64,000 bases of DNA from the NCBI GenBank assembly GCA_042564205.1, contig JBHPLN010000001.1, positions 13,626-77,625 of the forward strand. Direction: 5' to 3'. Below, one piece after another: positions 26,961 through 36,400 of this stretch (position 1 is the stretch's first letter; each line of letters begins with the position of its first letter). The DNA comes from Fidelibacterota bacterium. GTDB lineage: Bacteria > Fidelibacterota > Marinisomatia > Marinisomatales > JAHJCW01. The notes beneath the pieces are model-generated. The model worked only from the letters and a program-made list of their open reading frames with translations. It had not been told where the DNA came from and did not search any database. Both the position numbers and the translations under genes were made by a program.

Positions 26961-27962
26961 TTACAATGCTTTGGCTTGTTTTCGCGCCGTGATTGTAAAC
27001 TCTTCAAATCTGAAGTTGATATCCTCAAAACCAGCTTCTCTCAGCCAATCTCGATGCTCGTCTTCAGTGTAAGATTGCCCATTGTCGTAGGTATTGATAA
27101 AGACGAGATTCCATTCCACGGCAGTTTTTGGTGACAATCGCGAATTTTCGAGCATGCCTCCTCCTAATATATACAGCCACCCGCCAGAATTGATTACCTT
27201 ACCGACATTATTAATAACTTGCCGTGCTTCCTCGGCAGATAGTGTCTGAATAACCGAACTGAGTATTACTACATCGTACATACCCGGGATTGCATCACAC
27301 GTAAGATCTGCCGACACTACTTTAACCCGATCTGAAGCACTAGCCTCCATAACAAACTGCTCCGTTATAGGCGTAACTTCTGGGAGATCAACGACTGTTG
27401 CAGCGAGGTTTGGATGAATTTGCGTCATTGTGATAGCTAAAGTCCCTGAGCCGCACCCAGCATCCAGAAGCTTCTGACATTTTGAAAAATCATATTCATC
27501 TGATAACCATTTGGCAAAGGCAACATCATGTGAGGACAAACCTTCAAATAAGTTCTTTAATTCATCCTTTGACATGTTCGTCCAATCGTATTTTGCTTGG
27601 GGAACACCGGTTCGGATCGTCTCAGCTGTTTTTAACGAAGCGAGCAAGTTGCTATACCATATTTTGTACGTATCGCCAAAGTATCCGACCTTACCCTTGA
27701 CGAGGAACTTATCTGTTTCAGGAGTATTAGAAAATACTCCACCCTCCTCAGTAAGCAGACCAGCGACCACGAGTGCATACAAAAGGGTACTTAATCTACC
27801 CGCTTCAACTCCCAGCTTTGATGCCAGTTGCTCAACGTATAGCGGACCATCTTTTAATGGAGTAAACAGATTTAGTTCCATCCCAGCGAGCATTGCGGCG
27901 GTCGCACGAGCTCCGTTTTTGATCTGATAAAAGATATCCTTTTTCGGTATTTGTTTACTCAT
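26961..27962 (-). CDS. Class I SAM-dependent O-methyltransferase (COMT/Methyltransf_2-like with N-terminal dimerisation/wHTH domain)
   Basis: SAM motif LLDAGCGSGTLA, DLPEV, acidic loop VSADL. RBS AGGAGG. Confidence 0.8.
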   Translation of the reverse strand: MSKQIPKKDIFYQIKNGARATAAMLAGMELNLFTPLKDGPLYVEQLASKLGVEAGRLSTLLYALVVAGLLTEEGGVFSNTPETDKFLVKGKVGYFGDTYKIWYSNLLASLKTAETIRTGVPQAKYDWTNMSKDELKNLFEGLSSHDVAFAKWLSDEYDFSKCQKLLDAGCGSGTLAITMTQIHPNLAATVVDLPEVTPITEQFVMEASASDRVKVVSADLTCDAIPGMYDVVILSSVIQTLSAEEARQVINNVGKVINSGGWLYILGGGMLENSRLSPKTAVEWNLVFINTYDNGQSYTEDEHRDWLREAGFEDINFRFEEFTITARKQAKAL

Positions 27963-28019
27963 AACTTCACCTCCTAAGACCCGAACTTGTTAATAAAATC
28001 TCCTATTATAGTTTTACAT

Positions 28020-28664
28020 CTATGGAATATATTCTTCCACTGTTGAAACTGATGGATGTGGTGGTTTAATTGTTAATGCTCCGCCAATATAATAGATTTT
28101 ACCATCTACCATACTCGCTGAAGCAACTCTTGGGTTTGGCATATTGGTTTTACTTACCCAGGTATCTCTTTTTGGATTATAAACCTCAACCACTGGAAGG
28201 GCATCGTAGCCATCAGCTCCACCAATTAAATATATTTTATCATTAACAACACAATTAGCTGTACTATACCTTTTTGTAGGCATATCAGCTTTTTTCGTCC
28301 AAGAGTCTGAGACCGGATCATATTCCTCAACTACTGAAAGTCCAGGTTGCCTAAAATTTGTATATCCACCAATCACATATATTTTTCCATTGATGACACT
28401 TACCGCGTGCTGACGTCTGCCTGTGGGCATAGGTGCTTTGGTTGTCCAGGTGTCAATTGTCGGATCATACATTTCTACTGTAGCCAAGCCAGGTGCATTG
28501 GCTTTTTGATAACCGCCTATTGCATAGATTTTCCCATCCACGACACAAGTAGTATGCCCCATTCTTGGAGTAGGCATATCAGTTTTTTTTGTCCAAATAT
28601 CAGCTTGACTGCAGTTATAAATAACAAAAGGTATGCAGAAAATAATGAATCTGAAGAAATTCAT
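28020..28664 (-). CDS. Kelch-repeat (beta-propeller) lipoprotein
   Basis: Four tandem repeats of ..MPT.R....VV.GKIY.IGG....... .VE.YDP..D.W.. Lipobox VIYNCS. Start moved to ATG 28664 because AAGGAGG lies 5 nt upstream. The track start is 28688. Confidence 0.8.
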   Translation of the reverse strand: MNFFRFIIFCIPFVIYNCSQADIWTKKTDMPTPRMGHTTCVVDGKIYAIGGYQKANAPGLATVEMYDPTIDTWTTKAPMPTGRRQHAVSVINGKIYVIGGYTNFRQPGLSVVEEYDPVSDSWTKKADMPTKRYSTANCVVNDKIYLIGGADGYDALPVVEVYNPKRDTWVSKTNMPNPRVASASMVDGKIYYIGGALTIKPPHPSVSTVEEYIP

Positions 28665-28677
28665 ATAACCTCCTTGA

Positions 28678-29226
28678 TTAAAATTCAATAAAGGCTGGTA
28701 GTCCTTGTGAATTCCAAAATAATTTATATTTAAAACTGCAAATTTCCATTCTTTCAGGTGTTACTTTAATTAGGATATAATCTTTTTCAGGATTAGGATA
28801 GTAACTTGTCCAATTCTTTTTCCAATAGTGGGCTTTTTTCTCAGGATCATTCACAAGGCAAGCTTGACCTGCAACTGATACATAACTATGTCCTTTTGTA
28901 TCATAATAAAATACCATAACATTCGCATTGTTTTTAATCTGCTTTACTTTTCTACTATTTGTGCTTGTTCCAAGCCAAATAACCATATCTTCTTCAGGTG
29001 GAAATACAGACATGGTTCTCGCCTGAGGTTTTCCATGTTCATCGACAGTAATGAAAGTGCGCGCGCGCGCAGAATCAATAATTGCACGTGCTATTGTCAT
29101 GAGACTATCGCGGGGTATTTCCGGCCGATCTTTAACAAGTAGTTCTTGAGCTACTAGTGGATATGTATTTAATACTATAGTTAATACTAATAAAATTTGA
29201 ATTGATCTGTTTTGTTTAATTCTCAT
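28678..29226 (-). CDS. Pyridoxamine 5'-phosphate oxidase-like FMN-binding split-barrel protein (general stress protein 26-like) with signal peptide
   Basis: Signal peptide, then a pattern typical of PNPOx-like proteins (..TVDEHGKPQARTM......D..IW..T...S.K..QI..N..V.V...). RBS AGGAGG. Confidence 0.6.
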   Translation of the reverse strand: MRIKQNRSIQILLVLTIVLNTYPLVAQELLVKDRPEIPRDSLMTIARAIIDSARARTFITVDEHGKPQARTMSVFPPEEDMVIWLGTSTNSRKVKQIKNNANVMVFYYDTKGHSYVSVAGQACLVNDPEKKAHYWKKNWTSYYPNPEKDYILIKVTPERMEICSFKYKLFWNSQGLPAFIEF

Positions 29227-29436
29227 GAAGTACCTCCTGCTTGTTAATGAAATATTTTGTGGAATTGCTTTAAAAAGAATACAGAAATAGGAAAGTAATT
29301 AACTCCCCCTCTATAATGAAAATATATCTGCATTAGTCTCCCACGGCAGATAGTTACGGAATGCGTGGGTTTACCGTAGATAAATAGTACTTAAAATTGG
29401 TGTTATCCTACAAGATTAATCAACTTACTAAACCTT

Positions 29437-29567
29437 TCCCAAAACCCTACGTTTTTGGCACAGTTTCACAAGATTTGGATTTTGATATACGTTTTTGATA
29501 TGGTTATTCTGATTTCAATCAGAAGAGGGCTTGGGATATGAAAGTGGCATATAATGCTATGCCATAT
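29437..29567 (+). repeat. Intergenic element E2 (degenerate core plus extended tail shared with E3)
   Basis: TCCCAAAACCCTACGTTTTTGGCACAG..ATTTGGATTTTGATATACGTTTTTGATATGG, then tail TTCTGATTTCAATCAGAAGAGGGCTTGGGATATGAAAGTGGCATATAATGCTATGCCAT. Confidence 0.5.
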
Positions 29568-29634
29568 GAACTATTTCAGACAACTTTTACAGTTTGAAAA
29601 AATCAAATAGTTAACTAACATCCTGGAGTTATTT

Positions 29635-30330
29635 ATGAATGTGTTCTATAATATAATAAATACATTTTCATTCGAAATCATTCACAAAACATTAATGTTG
29701 ATTTTTACTTTCTTTGCAATTCATCTATTAATTAGTTGTGAAGATAAAAAGGAATTAAATCCTCCTATTTCCACACGTCAAGAATGTTTGGCAGAAGCTG
29801 ATTTCGATCCGCCTGAGGAATCCCCATACTGCCTGCCTTATTTGGAAGGTCAAGAATATGAAGTATATCAATCGTATTGTTCGCCCCCACCAGGAAGTCA
29901 TGAGAAAAGATACGCAATTGACTTTCTAATGCCAATTGGTACTGAAATTATTGCTGCACGCGCAGGTGAGGTTGTCGAATTACGGGAACATTGGTCAGAC
30001 GACGACAGAATTGGAAGTCACAATAATATGGTGTGTTTACGTCATTCAGATGAAACGCTATCATTATATATACATATGATGTACGAAGGTGTTGATGTGG
30101 CACTAGGTGATTATGTACCAAAAGGTGGACATTTAGGGTGGTCAGGTAGTTCGGGGGATACAAATGGAGTACCCCATCTCCATTTTCAAGTTTGTTTACG
30201 TTCTGGAATGTGCTCCTCTGAAACTGGAGAATATACTCTCCCAGTGAATTTTAGTAATGCTGAAGGACCTCATGATGAAAAAGGTGGTTTAATAGCAGGT
30301 GAGGTGTATCTAGCTACACAGTGTGAATAA
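29635..30330 (+). CDS. M23 family zinc metallopeptidase (LytM/lysostaphin-type), lipoprotein
   Basis: HxxxD-type motif region (RYAIDFLMP.GT), and SGDTNGVPHLHFQV (HxH). Lipobox LLISCE. Confidence 0.85.
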   Translation: MNVFYNIINTFSFEIIHKTLMLIFTFFAIHLLISCEDKKELNPPISTRQECLAEADFDPPEESPYCLPYLEGQEYEVYQSYCSPPPGSHEKRYAIDFLMPIGTEIIAARAGEVVELREHWSDDDRIGSHNNMVCLRHSDETLSLYIHMMYEGVDVALGDYVPKGGHLGWSGSSGDTNGVPHLHFQVCLRSGMCSSETGEYTLPVNFSNAEGPHDEKGGLIAGEVYLATQCE

Positions 30331-30384
30331 AATATTACTGATAAATTATTTGATTTTATTGCTAAAAAGAAGAATCAAAGTATC

Positions 30385-30585
30385 ATCAAATCCCATTTTT
30401 TAACGGTTTCCTGTTCCTAATTGGGTATAAGAAAGGTGTAGAAAAGTGTCTCAAAAACCGCCGTTTTTGGTACTACCAAATTAGATCGTTTGTTTTGGGA
30501 CAAGTTTTTGGAATGATTTTTTCGATTTCAATCAATTAGAAGGGGGAGTTGAGGATGCAATTAAATTAACATGGTAAATGCCATC
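30385..30585 (+). repeat. Intergenic element E3 (full core plus tail)
   Basis: ATCAAATCCCATTTTTTAACGGTTTCCTGTTCCTAATTGGGTATAAGAAAGGTGTAGAAAAGTGTCTCAAAAACCGCCGTTTTTGGTACTACCAAATTAGATCGTTTGTTTTGGGACAAGTTTTTGGAA. Tail TTTCGATTTCAATCAATTAGAAGGGGGAGTTGAGGATG..ATGGTAAATGCCAT. Confidence 0.85.
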
Positions 30586-30644
30586 TTTATTGATTACAAT
30601 TAATATACAAAGATTATTTATTAATTATAATTACGGGGATTATT

Positions 30645-31865
30645 GTGAATAAAACTATGGTATTTATACTATGTGTTTCCATTTCACTTCTTGTGATAAT
30701 AAACTGTACTGGTAGTTCTCCATCTGAATCACAAGATGACGAATCTTTACCAAATAATGGAGAAGTTAGCGGCACTTGGACAAAAGCCGATTCTCCCTAT
30801 CAAGTTAATGAAAATCTATTTATACCCGATGGTGAGACGCTAACAATCGAGCCAGGAGTTGAGGTGGTTTTTAACGGTCATTATAACTTTCAAGTAGGGG
30901 GAAGATTATTGGCAGTTGGTACAGAACAGGATTCGATTATATTTACAGCGAATAATCCAAATGAAGGATGGCATGGAATAAGACTAATAAATATAGAAAG
31001 CACAAATGATAGCTCATTTTTTGAACATTGTATATTTGAATATGGAAAGGCGAATACTGGAAGTGGGTCAGATAGAAGCGGAGGAGCAATAATATCAAAT
31101 TCAGGAAAGATTAGAGTATCTCACTGTTTATTTCAATATAACATTCAGTTTGCTGCATCCCGTCAAGCAGGAGGCGGCGGTGCGATCGCTATAACAGGGG
31201 GTCAACCAATTATTGAATATTGTGAGTTTAATGCTAATGAAAGTACTTATGGTGCGGCTATAGTAAATCAAGGTAGTTCCACAAATACTGTAATTCGCAA
31301 TAACCATTTCCACAATAATAGCGGACATGGAACAATAAATTCAGTTGCGGGGGCAACTCCTGTACTAATTAATAATTTGATTGACAACAACTATTCTGAT
31401 GGACATGGCATTGTACATATTGGTGGTGGCAGTGGGAAGGTCGTTTTAATTAATAATACTATTGTAAATAATTCATGCGACGGAGATGGTGAAGGATATT
31501 TTGGAGGTAGTGGCTTATTTGTAGATGATAGTACAGTACCTTTATGTGTGAATAATATCATCTATGGGAATGAATCTTCTTCACAAGTCATCTGTCCTGT
31601 ATCATCAAATTCTTTTTATAATTGTTTGATTGAGGGCTACAATGACTGGTCAACAGTTATATATGAGAACTGTATAGATTTAAATCCATTATTTGTGAGT
31701 TCTGAAGATTTTCATTTGCAAAACACATCGCCCTGCATAGGAGCTGGAATTGATTCAGTTGCTATCAATGGTAACTGGCATTTTGCGCCGACCGTGGATA
31801 TTGAAGGCAATCCACGTCCCAATCCTACTGATACAAATCCAGATATTGGTGCATTTGAATATTAA
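30645..31865 (+). CDS. Secreted right-handed parallel beta-helix repeat protein (pectate-lyase fold)
   Basis: Signal peptide with Cys (IINCTG). Repeated G/N-rich turns (..GGAI.., N.F..N.., I.NN...NN..) are typical of beta-helix repeats. GTG start with GGGGA RBS (alternative ATG at 30657). Confidence 0.7.
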   Translation: MNKTMVFILCVSISLLVIINCTGSSPSESQDDESLPNNGEVSGTWTKADSPYQVNENLFIPDGETLTIEPGVEVVFNGHYNFQVGGRLLAVGTEQDSIIFTANNPNEGWHGIRLINIESTNDSSFFEHCIFEYGKANTGSGSDRSGGAIISNSGKIRVSHCLFQYNIQFAASRQAGGGGAIAITGGQPIIEYCEFNANESTYGAAIVNQGSSTNTVIRNNHFHNNSGHGTINSVAGATPVLINNLIDNNYSDGHGIVHIGGGSGKVVLINNTIVNNSCDGDGEGYFGGSGLFVDDSTVPLCVNNIIYGNESSSQVICPVSSNSFYNCLIEGYNDWSTVIYENCIDLNPLFVSSEDFHLQNTSPCIGAGIDSVAINGNWHFAPTVDIEGNPRPNPTDTNPDIGAFEY

Positions 31866-31934
31866 TTAGTATTATTAACTATAACTTATAGACACACGTC
31901 CAATTAAAATATTGTTTTATAATACAGATTATTA

Positions 31935-32058
31935 ATCAATCCCATTTTTTCAACGGCTTCCTGTTCCTAATTGGGTATAAGAAAGGTGTAGAAAAGTGTC
32001 TCTAAAACCCTTGGTACACTCAAATTAGTCCGTTTGTTTTGGGACGCGTTTTTGGGAC
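31935..32058 (+). repeat. Intergenic element E4
   Basis: Near-identical to the E3 core apart from a 6-nt deletion: ATCAATCCCATTTTTTCAACGGCTTCCTGTTCCTAATTGGGTATAAGAAAGGTGTAGAAAAGTGTCTCTAAAACCCTTGGTACACTCAAATTAGTCCGTTTGTTTTGGGACGCGTTTTTGGGAC. Confidence 0.9.
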
Positions 32059-32100
32059 TCAAAGGCTATACTAATTGTATTTTAATCGCCAAGCATCTAT

Positions 32101-33321
32101 TCATTCGCTCACCGCTAATTCATACTCGTTAATAAAAGCATTCATGATTTCCAAAGATAAAACCTCGCCCATTGCGCCATTCGTCATAATGATAATTGCT
32201 GAGCCCTTCTCAGGCCAACCAATAAGCCAGCAATTAAGTCCAGGAAGATTGCTTCCAGGATGAGCAAATATTATTTCATTACCTAATCCAATAAGGAAGA
32301 CTCCAAGCCCTTCAGATAGTGGGATACCAAACATCCTTGGGTCAAGATCAAATTCTTTATCCAAAATATGTTTTGTCGTTTCCTGTGAAATAATTTTCTC
32401 CGATTTTCCTTTATATGAGAGCATAATTTCACTCGTGAATTTTGCCAGATCAATGGGAGTAGTAGTTAATCCTCCATGAGCTAGGGCAGTTAAATGCATA
32501 GACGGATTCAGTGAGTTACCTTCAGCATCATGTGGCATTGCCTCATGTTTTTTATTTTCAGAGTCTAAGGGGTATATAAAAGTACTTTTGTTCATTTCCA
32601 GTGGATCAAATATTACTTCCTTTGCTAGCTCTTGGAATGTTTTCCCTGAAATATCTTCAAGCAGTAGTTGGATAACGTTAAATGCCACGTTGGAATACTG
32701 CCACAACGAGCCGGGCTCTACATCGGGGATCGCAGGTTTATTCAATGCGGGTGATTCACCATTCAAGACATTCAAAAGTGTTGGGTATCCAACGCTCTCG
32801 TCATGACCATAATTTGTTGTTGGTAAACCGGCTTTATGAGTTAATAATCTTCGTAAAGTTACTTTTTCATTTTCTGTAAACTCATTATCAGGTATTTGCC
32901 AAGTTTTCAAATAGTCATTTACATTACTATCTAACTCAATAAAACCTTTCTCTGCATAATGAAGAGCCAATACTGCTGTTATAAACTTACTAGTTGACGC
33001 TGCTTCGAAAATTGTTTCAGAGGTAACAGGGATTCCGGTGTTTACATCCAATGCACCATAAACTTTACTCCACTCAATCTGGTAATTATTAATAACTGCA
33101 ACACTCACACCAGGAGTATTGTAGTACTTCATTCTTTCAGCTAATGTTTGTGTCTGTGTTTGTAACGTGTCAGCCTTTCGAAACATCGCAGCCATTGATT
33201 CAAACTCGATCAGGCTTTTTTCGATATTTGCTATTCTTTGTTCTACTAGTGCCTGATTTTCTTGTTGTGAACAAGAAATCAAGATTAGAAGTGCGGATGT
33301 TGTTACAATTAATTTTTGCAT
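32101..33321 (-). CDS. Serine hydrolase of the beta-lactamase/transpeptidase-like family (class C/esterase type), lipoprotein
   Basis: SxxK motif (ASTSKF), a YSN-like motif (QYSNVAF) and a C-terminal HPG motif. Lipobox ILISCS. RBS AAGGGGGA. Confidence 0.85.
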   Translation of the reverse strand: MQKLIVTTSALLILISCSQQENQALVEQRIANIEKSLIEFESMAAMFRKADTLQTQTQTLAERMKYYNTPGVSVAVINNYQIEWSKVYGALDVNTGIPVTSETIFEAASTSKFITAVLALHYAEKGFIELDSNVNDYLKTWQIPDNEFTENEKVTLRRLLTHKAGLPTTNYGHDESVGYPTLLNVLNGESPALNKPAIPDVEPGSLWQYSNVAFNVIQLLLEDISGKTFQELAKEVIFDPLEMNKSTFIYPLDSENKKHEAMPHDAEGNSLNPSMHLTALAHGGLTTTPIDLAKFTSEIMLSYKGKSEKIISQETTKHILDKEFDLDPRMFGIPLSEGLGVFLIGLGNEIIFAHPGSNLPGLNCWLIGWPEKGSAIIIMTNGAMGEVLSLEIMNAFINEYELAVSE

Positions 33322-33586
33322 GTTTTCCCCCTTAGTAAATTATGTTTATAATTTTGCACTATACATTTTATCGCAATTACTATACCAACGCCCAGTGAGT
33401 TTTTTTGATTACAACACATCCTGATATTAATATTAACTTTATGTTCTATTCTTCAATTATAAGAATGGAGCATATTCATATCATATTGATATAATATGCA
33501 TATCATTAATACCCTACAAATATTAGAATAGAGTGAACTTCAATATGACCGGCTATCGTTTGGACAACTTTTTAAGTAAGTATATT

Positions 33587-33676
33587 CTGGTTCTAATTGG
33601 GTATAAGAACGTTGTTAGGGGTGTCTCTAAAAACACCGTTTTGGGGACACTCTAATTCGCCTGTTTGTTTTGGGAC
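33587..33676 (+). repeat. Intergenic element E5 (lacks the last GTTTTTGGGA motif)
   Basis: CTGGTTCTAATTGGGTATAAGAACGTTGTTAGGGGTGTCTCTAAAAACACCGTTTTGGGGACACTCTAATTCGCCTGTTTGTTTTGGGAC. An extra CGTTTGGAC motif lies at 33557-33565. Confidence 0.8.
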
Positions 33677-33814
33677 TTGATTGCTACACTGGCAATAATT
33701 CTTTGGGTAAAATAATAGTTGGTAATTGTGTAGATTGAATTTTGATAACAAAATATATCAATATAATATGACCATCAACAATTCTATATAAATGTTAGTT
33801 AAGTGGAGCGACAA

Positions 33815-34204
33815 ATGAGAAAACAATATCATTTCAGACCATCAGAGAAGGGTATCCTCATTTGGGATGTTCAACGATTGGTGAAACTAACTAAGAACCT
33901 TCCTACCAAGAAAGTGGAACTGGAAGCCATTCGTGAATTGGACGAACCATTCTGGTTTGGAAACGAAAAATCCGTTCCTACTTGCCGAGTAATAGCAGAA
34001 CACGTAAAACTAATCGAAGAATCTGATTTGATGCATCCAGTTATTCTATCGCGCGATGGACGGATAATGGATGGTATGCACCGTGTTGTAAAAGCATTGT
34101 TGAAAGGTCATAAACAGATAAAGGCTATTCAATTTACAAAAGATCCTAAACCTGATTACATAGACGTTGACTCTGCTGATTTACCCTACGATTCACCCGC
34201 CTAA
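33815..34204 (+). CDS. Small ParB-like nuclease/sulfiredoxin-fold domain protein
   Basis: PVILSRDGRIMDGMHRVVKAL matches the ParB N-terminal DG..R box. Start taken at ATG 33815 (GGAG 7 nt upstream). The track start is GTG 33803. Confidence 0.45.
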   Translation: MRKQYHFRPSEKGILIWDVQRLVKLTKNLPTKKVELEAIRELDEPFWFGNEKSVPTCRVIAEHVKLIEESDLMHPVILSRDGRIMDGMHRVVKALLKGHKQIKAIQFTKDPKPDYIDVDSADLPYDSPA

Positions 34205-34238
34205 CAAGTGCCTAGAGCAGTCAGGAACAGCAAAGACT

Positions 34239-34613
34239 CTAGCTAAATAGCCAATCCTTGGCATCATCTTTATTAGTAAATAATGAAATGTTAAGACCCC
34301 TGTTATGTGCAACAGTAGATAAAAATTTTACTAGTTCAGTAGTTTTCTCGGAAACAATAAAAGCCATTCGACCACTACGGATTGTATCCAAACCTGCCGT
34401 ATCAACACCTAAATTATACACTCCAGTTAATGAGGGTAAATATTTAATAGGAGTTGTATCGACAAGGACTTTATTACAATTATTTTCTTTTAATAATTTT
34501 TCAACTTCATTGTTCGTCTTATTCATTGTTTCAGGTGTTGGGCGCTCCAAACTCACCACAGATATATATTTATTTCCAAGATGCTCTTTAAGATTAATCC
34601 TTTTAACTGCCAT
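34239..34613 (-). CDS. STAS/SpoIIAA-like small protein (tentative)
   Basis: 124 aa immediately downstream of a PP2C phosphatase gene. The layout ..KVLVDTTPIKYLPSLTG.. resembles the STAS phospho-serine loop. Weak, context-driven call. Confidence 0.3.
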   Translation of the reverse strand: MAVKRINLKEHLGNKYISVVSLERPTPETMNKTNNEVEKLLKENNCNKVLVDTTPIKYLPSLTGVYNLGVDTAGLDTIRSGRMAFIVSEKTTELVKFLSTVAHNRGLNISLFTNKDDAKDWLFS

Positions 34614-34668
34614 ATAAAAACTTACATTATTTACTATAGGAATTCCACGCTTACAAAAAATTAAATTC

Positions 34669-36171
34669 CTATCGGGTTGGATTTAATTTGCAAATAACAG
34701 AAGTTATATCGTCTTCTTGGCGTAGATTTTTAGAATAAGATCGAATTCCCTTATAAAGAAGCTCTACAATTTGTTGAGCGGATTTTTGTTGCTGGCTATT
34801 AATAATAGCAAGAGCTCGTTCAAATCCAAATTCTTTTCCGCCAGGTGTAGATGCTTCCATTACTCCATCTGTAAAAAATGCCGCTACGTTTTCTGTGGTT
34901 AATTTGATTGGATCACTATTTTTTATCTTGTAGTCTTTCGTAAAACCTAATGGAAATCCTGTACTCTCCATTGTATGATCAACATGACCAGAGTGGTTTA
35001 GTAAAAAAGCTGGTACATGACCGGCACTGGCATAAATAAGTGAATGATTTTTAGGATCAAGTATAGCCAATATTAGTGTTATAAACTGATCAGACTGAAG
35101 ATCAACAATAAGTTCATTATTAAGTCTGGTAAGAATCGCTGCTGGATTGCTATCCATTTTTGTAAATGCACGTAAAAATGCTCGTACTTCTGCCATAATA
35201 AGTGCTGCGCCAATGCCATGACCAATTACGTCGCCAACAACAATAGCGATATCTCCGTCTGGCATCTTAATAAAATCAAAATAATCACCACCAGTTCCAT
35301 CTGCTGGATATGCTGCTCCCGCAATGTCATATCCAGGTACAGAAATCGCTGTATTGTAATACATTTGTTGTATTTTACGTGCTACAGTTAGTTGTAACTC
35401 AAGTTCTTGTTTTATTCTTGCCTCAGTTACGTCTTTTAATACTGATACATAACTAGTCATATTTCCATTATGATCTTTTAGTGGTGAAATGCTTTGATCA
35501 GACCAATATAATTCACCATCTTTCTTTTTATTGATGATTGTTCCACGATAGGGCTTTCCACTGGTGATTGTTTCCCACAGATTTTTATAAAATGCTTTAT
35601 TATGTTTACCGGAGTTAAGAATGCGTGGTGTTTTGCCTAGGACTTCATCACGCTTGTAGCCGGAAGTCACCTCAAAAGCCGGGTTTACATACTCAATTAC
35701 ACCTTTTAAATCAGTAATAACTATACTATCCGCCGTTTGTTCTACACCGCTTTTAAAGCGCTCTAATCCATCTTGTTTGTTCCTAATCTCATTGATGTCT
35801 CGAAAGATAATTATACCACCGTAGATTTTACCCTTTTCATCCCTAAGAGGGCTAGCTGAGATACTAATCCATACCCCTTCCGTTCTTTCGAGATTCTTTA
35901 TAAAAACATGTTCATCAATAACCCCTTCACCCCTTATAGCGCGAGCTAATGGCAGTTGTCCGGAGGGATACGGAGTAGTACGGTCCACTTTGTAGCAACC
36001 ATATACTGTTGACCAATTTGATTGTGTAATGTCTCTAGATCCCATTCCCAGAATTTTCGCTGCTGCTGGATTAAAAAACATAAATTCGCCCTTCACATTG
36101 GCAACGATGACTCCGTCTGTAAGACTGTTTAAAACCGCCTCAAGCGATTCTTTTGTATCAATAAATGTCAA
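34669..36171 (-). CDS. PAS-PAS-PP2C (SpoIIE/RsbU-type) serine phosphatase
   Basis: Two PAS blocks (..GVIVANVKGEF.. and SIVITDLKGVIEYVNPAFE..GY...E..G). C-terminal PP2C motifs (GGDYFD, VVGDVIGHG, FTDG..E). Confidence 0.85.
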   Translation of the reverse strand: MTFIDTKESLEAVLNSLTDGVIVANVKGEFMFFNPAAAKILGMGSRDITQSNWSTVYGCYKVDRTTPYPSGQLPLARAIRGEGVIDEHVFIKNLERTEGVWISISASPLRDEKGKIYGGIIIFRDINEIRNKQDGLERFKSGVEQTADSIVITDLKGVIEYVNPAFEVTSGYKRDEVLGKTPRILNSGKHNKAFYKNLWETITSGKPYRGTIINKKKDGELYWSDQSISPLKDHNGNMTSYVSVLKDVTEARIKQELELQLTVARKIQQMYYNTAISVPGYDIAGAAYPADGTGGDYFDFIKMPDGDIAIVVGDVIGHGIGAALIMAEVRAFLRAFTKMDSNPAAILTRLNNELIVDLQSDQFITLILAILDPKNHSLIYASAGHVPAFLLNHSGHVDHTMESTGFPLGFTKDYKIKNSDPIKLTTENVAAFFTDGVMEASTPGGKEFGFERALAIINSQQQKSAQQIVELLYKGIRSYSKNLRQEDDITSVICKLNPTR

Positions 36172-36400
36172 TTTAATTTGTTCCTTATGCGATAGCTCAC
36201 AATAATTAAAGAGATAATATGAATATTATTAGAATTGATAATAAACCGTAACGTCGAGTAATAATCATGAAACCTCCTTTAATTTGCCTGCTGAATAAGT
36301 AATTTAAAAAATATCGCTTTAAATATAATGAGAATCATTATATTTAAAAACAGTAAAATGAAATTCTACAGATTGTGTGGTTAGTAGATACTATAAACCA

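Noticed and set aside
29450-29470. TGGCAC in E2 as a sigma-54 -24 element
   Set aside because: There is no TTGC-type -12 element at the required spacing, and the other copies have TGGTAC.
31958-31985. The left part of the element (GTTCCTAATTGGGTATAAG) resembles the tRNA-Val T-arm/3' end (GTTCAAGCCGGGTATCGCC), which suggested att-site duplications
   Set aside because: The similarity is short (GTTC + GGGTAT with a 1-nt offset). The tRNA is on the opposite strand, so the elements would be inverted rather than direct repeats of the tRNA 3' end.
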